Part shown: positions 60,757-64,000 of the stretch, piece after piece | How the letters are laid out: each line of letters begins with the position of its first letter | Position numbering within the stretch: the stretch's first letter is position 1 | NCBI GenBank assembly: GCA_049322915.1 | Contig: JBMOPW010000026.1 | Coordinates: 32,001 to 96,000, forward strand | DNA length: 64,000 nt | Direction: 5' to 3' | From: Candidatus Zhuqueibacterota bacterium | GTDB lineage: Bacteria > Zhuqueibacterota > Zhuqueibacteria > Thermofontimicrobiales > Thermofontimicrobiaceae | Notes under the pieces: model-generated | Database searches by the model: none | Told to the model about the DNA's origin: nothing | The model's input: the letters and a program-made list of their open reading frames with translations, nothing else | Position numbers and translations under genes: made by a program

Positions 60757-61635
60757 ATGAATCGATTGCAGGAAATGCTACAGAAGAAGAAAATTCTTGT
60801 CTCAGATGGCGCGTGGGGGACAATGCTTCAATCGCAGGGATTGATGCCGGGCGACTGTCCTGAGGAGTGGAATATTTCGCACCCGGACAATGTCCGCGCC
60901 ATCGCGGCCCAATACATCGGGGCCGGTTCCGATATTGTCCTCACCAATACTTTTGGCGGCTCGCGTTTCAAGTTATCCAGTTACAATTATCAGGATCAGG
61001 TGTATGAAATCAATCGCGCCGGCGCATCGATCTCGCGGCAGGCGGCTGGCGAGAATGTCATTGTCCTGTCGTCTGTGGGTCCTACGGGGAAATTCCTTGA
61101 GCCGTTGGGCGATGTGACCGAACAGGAGATGATCGATAATTTTTATGATCAGATGCGCGGCCTGGTCGATGGCGGCGTGGATGGTATTTTAATTGAAACG
61201 ATGGCGGATACCGCCGAAGCTGTCTGCGCAGTGAAAGCTGCCAAAGCTGTGTGCAAATTGCCGGTGTTGGTGACATTCACTTTTGAAAGAGGGAAGATGG
61301 GATATCGCACCATGATGGGCGTGACAATCCCCCGGGCGGTGGAAGCACTGACCGCGGCTGGCGTGGATATGATAGGGACTAACTGCGGCAATGGTATTGA
61401 GCAGGTTGTGGAAATCATCGCGGAAATGCGGCGGCATACGGACAAATACCTGGTGGCTCATCCCAATGCCGGCCTTCCCAAGCTGGTGCAGGGCACTACG
61501 ATTTTCGATCAGTCGCCCGATGAAATGGCAACGTATGTCCGGCGTTTGATCGATGCCGGCGCCAATATTATCGGTGGCTGTTGCGGGACCACACCGGCCC
61601 ACATCGCCGCTATCGCGAAAATAATTCATTCATAA
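60757..61635 (+). CDS. Homocysteine S-methyltransferase domain protein (stand-alone MetH N-terminal domain)
   Basis: DGAWGT, TNTFG, ETM, GTNC, PNAGLP and GGCCGTTP zinc ligands. Confidence 0.93.
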   Translation: MNRLQEMLQKKKILVSDGAWGTMLQSQGLMPGDCPEEWNISHPDNVRAIAAQYIGAGSDIVLTNTFGGSRFKLSSYNYQDQVYEINRAGASISRQAAGENVIVLSSVGPTGKFLEPLGDVTEQEMIDNFYDQMRGLVDGGVDGILIETMADTAEAVCAVKAAKAVCKLPVLVTFTFERGKMGYRTMMGVTIPRAVEALTAAGVDMIGTNCGNGIEQVVEIIAEMRRHTDKYLVAHPNAGLPKLVQGTTIFDQSPDEMATYVRRLIDAGANIIGGCCGTTPAHIAAIAKIIHS

Positions 61636-61682
61636 ACCCGGTGTGACAGACTTCGTGCAGGGAGTTTTCGGAGGAGGAAACT

Positions 61683-63536
61683 TTGAGCGACACAGAAAAT
61701 GAGATACTGCTTCAATTTTTACCAAAGAAAAAAAGGATAAAAGTCAGTCGGGGGACCAACGTATTAGAAGCAGCGAGGTGGGCTGGCATTAACATACCTG
61801 GTTTCTGCGGAAACAGAGGAAAATGCGGTAAGTGCAAAATTAAAGTTATGAATGTGGAAATTCCGTACACCCGGGAGGAGGAGATTGCTCTGTCCCCGGA
61901 AGAGCGAAGTCTGGGCGTACATTTAGCCTGCCAGTTGAATTTGCAATCGGACATGACTGTCGAGATCATCAGTGAGGAACGAATTGCAAAAGAGACGTTT
62001 CTCACGTATGAAATTGGCAATATGTTTGAAGTAGATAATCATCTCAAAAAGACCTACCTGGAAATGATCAATCCTGATATTGAAAATCAGGTTGATGATT
62101 ACTCCAATCTGGAAGAGAACATTCTACACACGTCAAAGCGGCTCCATATTCCGCTGCCAGTGCTTCAAAATTTATCGACGTTTTTAAGAAAGAACAAATT
62201 CAAAGTGACGCTGGTGTCGGAAGACAATCAGGTGTTGTGCATTGAAACCGGCGACACGACTGCCCGAAATTTCGGGGTGGCCTTTGATTTGGGCACAACC
62301 ACGATTGTAGGTTCCCTCATCGATTTAAACACCGGGAAGTTGCTCGGTGTTCAGGCGAAGACAAATCCCCAGGCTGTTCATGGCGCTGACGTCATTTCGA
62401 GAATCAATTTTGCGGTGTCGCAGCCGGGCGGACTGGTGAAATTGCAGAATATTGTGATCGCTGCGATCAATGAAATCATCGGGTCTTTGTGCGAAGCGGC
62501 CAATGTGAACGTGCGCGAGATTTATGAGATGAGCCTGGCCGGCAACGCGATCATGAATCACCTTTTTCTTGGCGTCAATCCCCACTATATCGCCGAAGCG
62601 CCGTACATCCCGGCCTATTGTCGGCATCAGCGATTTATGGCAGAGGAGTTGGGGATAACCATCATGCCCCGCGGTTTGGTGTACACTCTGCCCAATATCT
62701 CCGGGTACGTGGGCGGCGATATCACCGGATTTATTCTCGCCTGCGATTTGCACAAAACCGAAAAAATTACTCTGGGCATCGACATTGGCACGAATGGAGA
62801 GATTGTGTTAGGTTCCCGGCAGCGGCTGTTGGCCTGCTCAACCGCAGCGGGACCCGCGTTCGAAGGCGGGCATATTAGCTGCGGTATGCGGGCGATGGAG
62901 GGCGCCATCGACAAGTTCACGATCGGCGATGACCAGATTTTCTACCACGTCATTGGCGAGACAGATGCACGGGGCATTTGTGGCACAGGGCTGATCGACA
63001 TTGTGGCGGAACTGGTGACTGCAGGCGTCATCGATGAAACAGGTCGCATTGTCGCTGCTGAGAATTTTAAGGGACCCGAGTGGCTCAAAAGTCGGATTCA
63101 GACAGTGGAGAATTCAACTGCCTTTGTCATTTCTGCTGCCGAAGAGGCGACGACGAAAAAATCGGTGGTCTTAACCCAGCAGGATGTGCGTGAATTGCAA
63201 TTGGCAAACGGCGCAGTCGCCGCCGGTATCGCTATTTTAATGAAAGAACTGGGTATTGAGGAAAATGACATCGAAGAGATACTGATCGCCGGCGCATTCG
63301 GGAGCTATTTAAATAAATACAACGCGCAGAAGATTGGCCTCATTCCACGAATCCCATCGGAACGTGTTAAATTTGTCGGCAATGCAGCCAGTCTGGGGGC
63401 GAAGAAATATCTGCTGTCCAATCGCATCAAAGATGAAGCAGAAACCATCACGAAAACAGTGCAGTACATTGAGCTTTCATCCCGCGCTGATTTTCAGGAA
63501 TTGTTTGCAGATAAAATGTTATTCAGTCTGGCATAA
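61683..63536 (+). CDS. ASKHA-type ATP-dependent corrinoid reductive activator (DUF4445, RACo-like) with N-terminal [2Fe-2S] domain
   Basis: CGNRGKCGKC...LACQ; DLGTTT, GADVISRI, DIGTNGE, AAGPAFEG, GICGTG and AGAFG. Confidence 0.92.
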   Translation: MSDTENEILLQFLPKKKRIKVSRGTNVLEAARWAGINIPGFCGNRGKCGKCKIKVMNVEIPYTREEEIALSPEERSLGVHLACQLNLQSDMTVEIISEERIAKETFLTYEIGNMFEVDNHLKKTYLEMINPDIENQVDDYSNLEENILHTSKRLHIPLPVLQNLSTFLRKNKFKVTLVSEDNQVLCIETGDTTARNFGVAFDLGTTTIVGSLIDLNTGKLLGVQAKTNPQAVHGADVISRINFAVSQPGGLVKLQNIVIAAINEIIGSLCEAANVNVREIYEMSLAGNAIMNHLFLGVNPHYIAEAPYIPAYCRHQRFMAEELGITIMPRGLVYTLPNISGYVGGDITGFILACDLHKTEKITLGIDIGTNGEIVLGSRQRLLACSTAAGPAFEGGHISCGMRAMEGAIDKFTIGDDQIFYHVIGETDARGICGTGLIDIVAELVTAGVIDETGRIVAAENFKGPEWLKSRIQTVENSTAFVISAAEEATTKKSVVLTQQDVRELQLANGAVAAGIAILMKELGIEENDIEEILIAGAFGSYLNKYNAQKIGLIPRIPSERVKFVGNAASLGAKKYLLSNRIKDEAETITKTVQYIELSSRADFQELFADKMLFSLA

Positions 63537-64000
63537 TTGGTGGAGATCGATGCTTCCGCGGCAATCCTGGTCTGACTGACATTTGCACCTCGCGCCTGGG
63601 CATCCGGGCGTCAGGTTGAAATATAAAAGGGATACAAATGGCAATCATCTGTATCCCTTTTTTTATTCCGATTCCGACTGTGAGTTCATGTGAAAAAAAG
63701 CATAGCTCCTGCACCGATGATGTAACAAACAATCCAAATTGAATGACCCGGGATGTTTTTTGAATTCTGATCTGGATTCACCCTGAGTTGCCGGGGCAGG
63801 GCACTCAGGGAACGATCCCTGAAAGTATTGCTTGACCAATAATTCGGCGCAGGAGCTATTTGGGGGTCCTCCCTCCCTGCTTTTGTTCTGGATGGCAGTA
63901 AAATTCTTTATCTGAAATAAAATCTTTCTGTCACAATGAGAGCTTCAAATCTGCTGCAAATGGTTATTCAAAATTTGTGCCACATTGTTATACAACTATT

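Noticed and set aside
63777..63812. GC-rich hairpin (ccctgagt...actcaggg) downstream of the ASKHA gene as an ncRNA or terminator
   Set aside because: It has no T tract and no recognisable RNA family motif, and the context is cut by the window end.

Overview
Chromosomal window from a Gram-negative, probably anaerobic bacterium. Several secreted proteins end in a YPNP-containing FlgD/T9SS-like C-terminal domain, which suggests an FCB-superphylum lineage such as KSB1 or Calditrichota (inference). Housekeeping content: a UvrD/PcrA helicase 3' end, a shikimate operon (aroA-aroE-aroC-aroKB fusion), peptidases (M14, M2-like, rhomboid, S8), ogt, pyrF-pyrE, and a split methionine-synthase/corrinoid-activator block with an orphan PqqD protein. 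There is also a four-gene secreted protein/FecR/outer-membrane barrel/CHASE2-adenylate cyclase operon. The most striking region is about 32.1-46.9 kb. It has six promoters carrying 11-bp-periodic hexamer arrays, five of them exactly 10 bp upstream of a -10 box (Pho-box architecture). These lie upstream of nonulosonic-acid genes (NeuA, NeuB, KdsC-like HAD, two oxidoreductases, a GT-B protein), a UPF0104 flippase-like protein, a metallophosphoesterase, a glycosyltransferase, a PlsC + GNAT acyltransferase pair, alkaline phosphatase and two small orphan ORFs. Together they are a candidate phosphate-starvation pathway for a phosphorus-free, nonulosonate-bearing lipid or glycoconjugate. Intergenic regions hold nested non-coding mobile repeats: GTAAC/GTTAC-ended elements, a 161-bp MITE with a TTAG target duplication, and a REP. 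No rRNA, tRNA, CRISPR array or transposase gene was seen.
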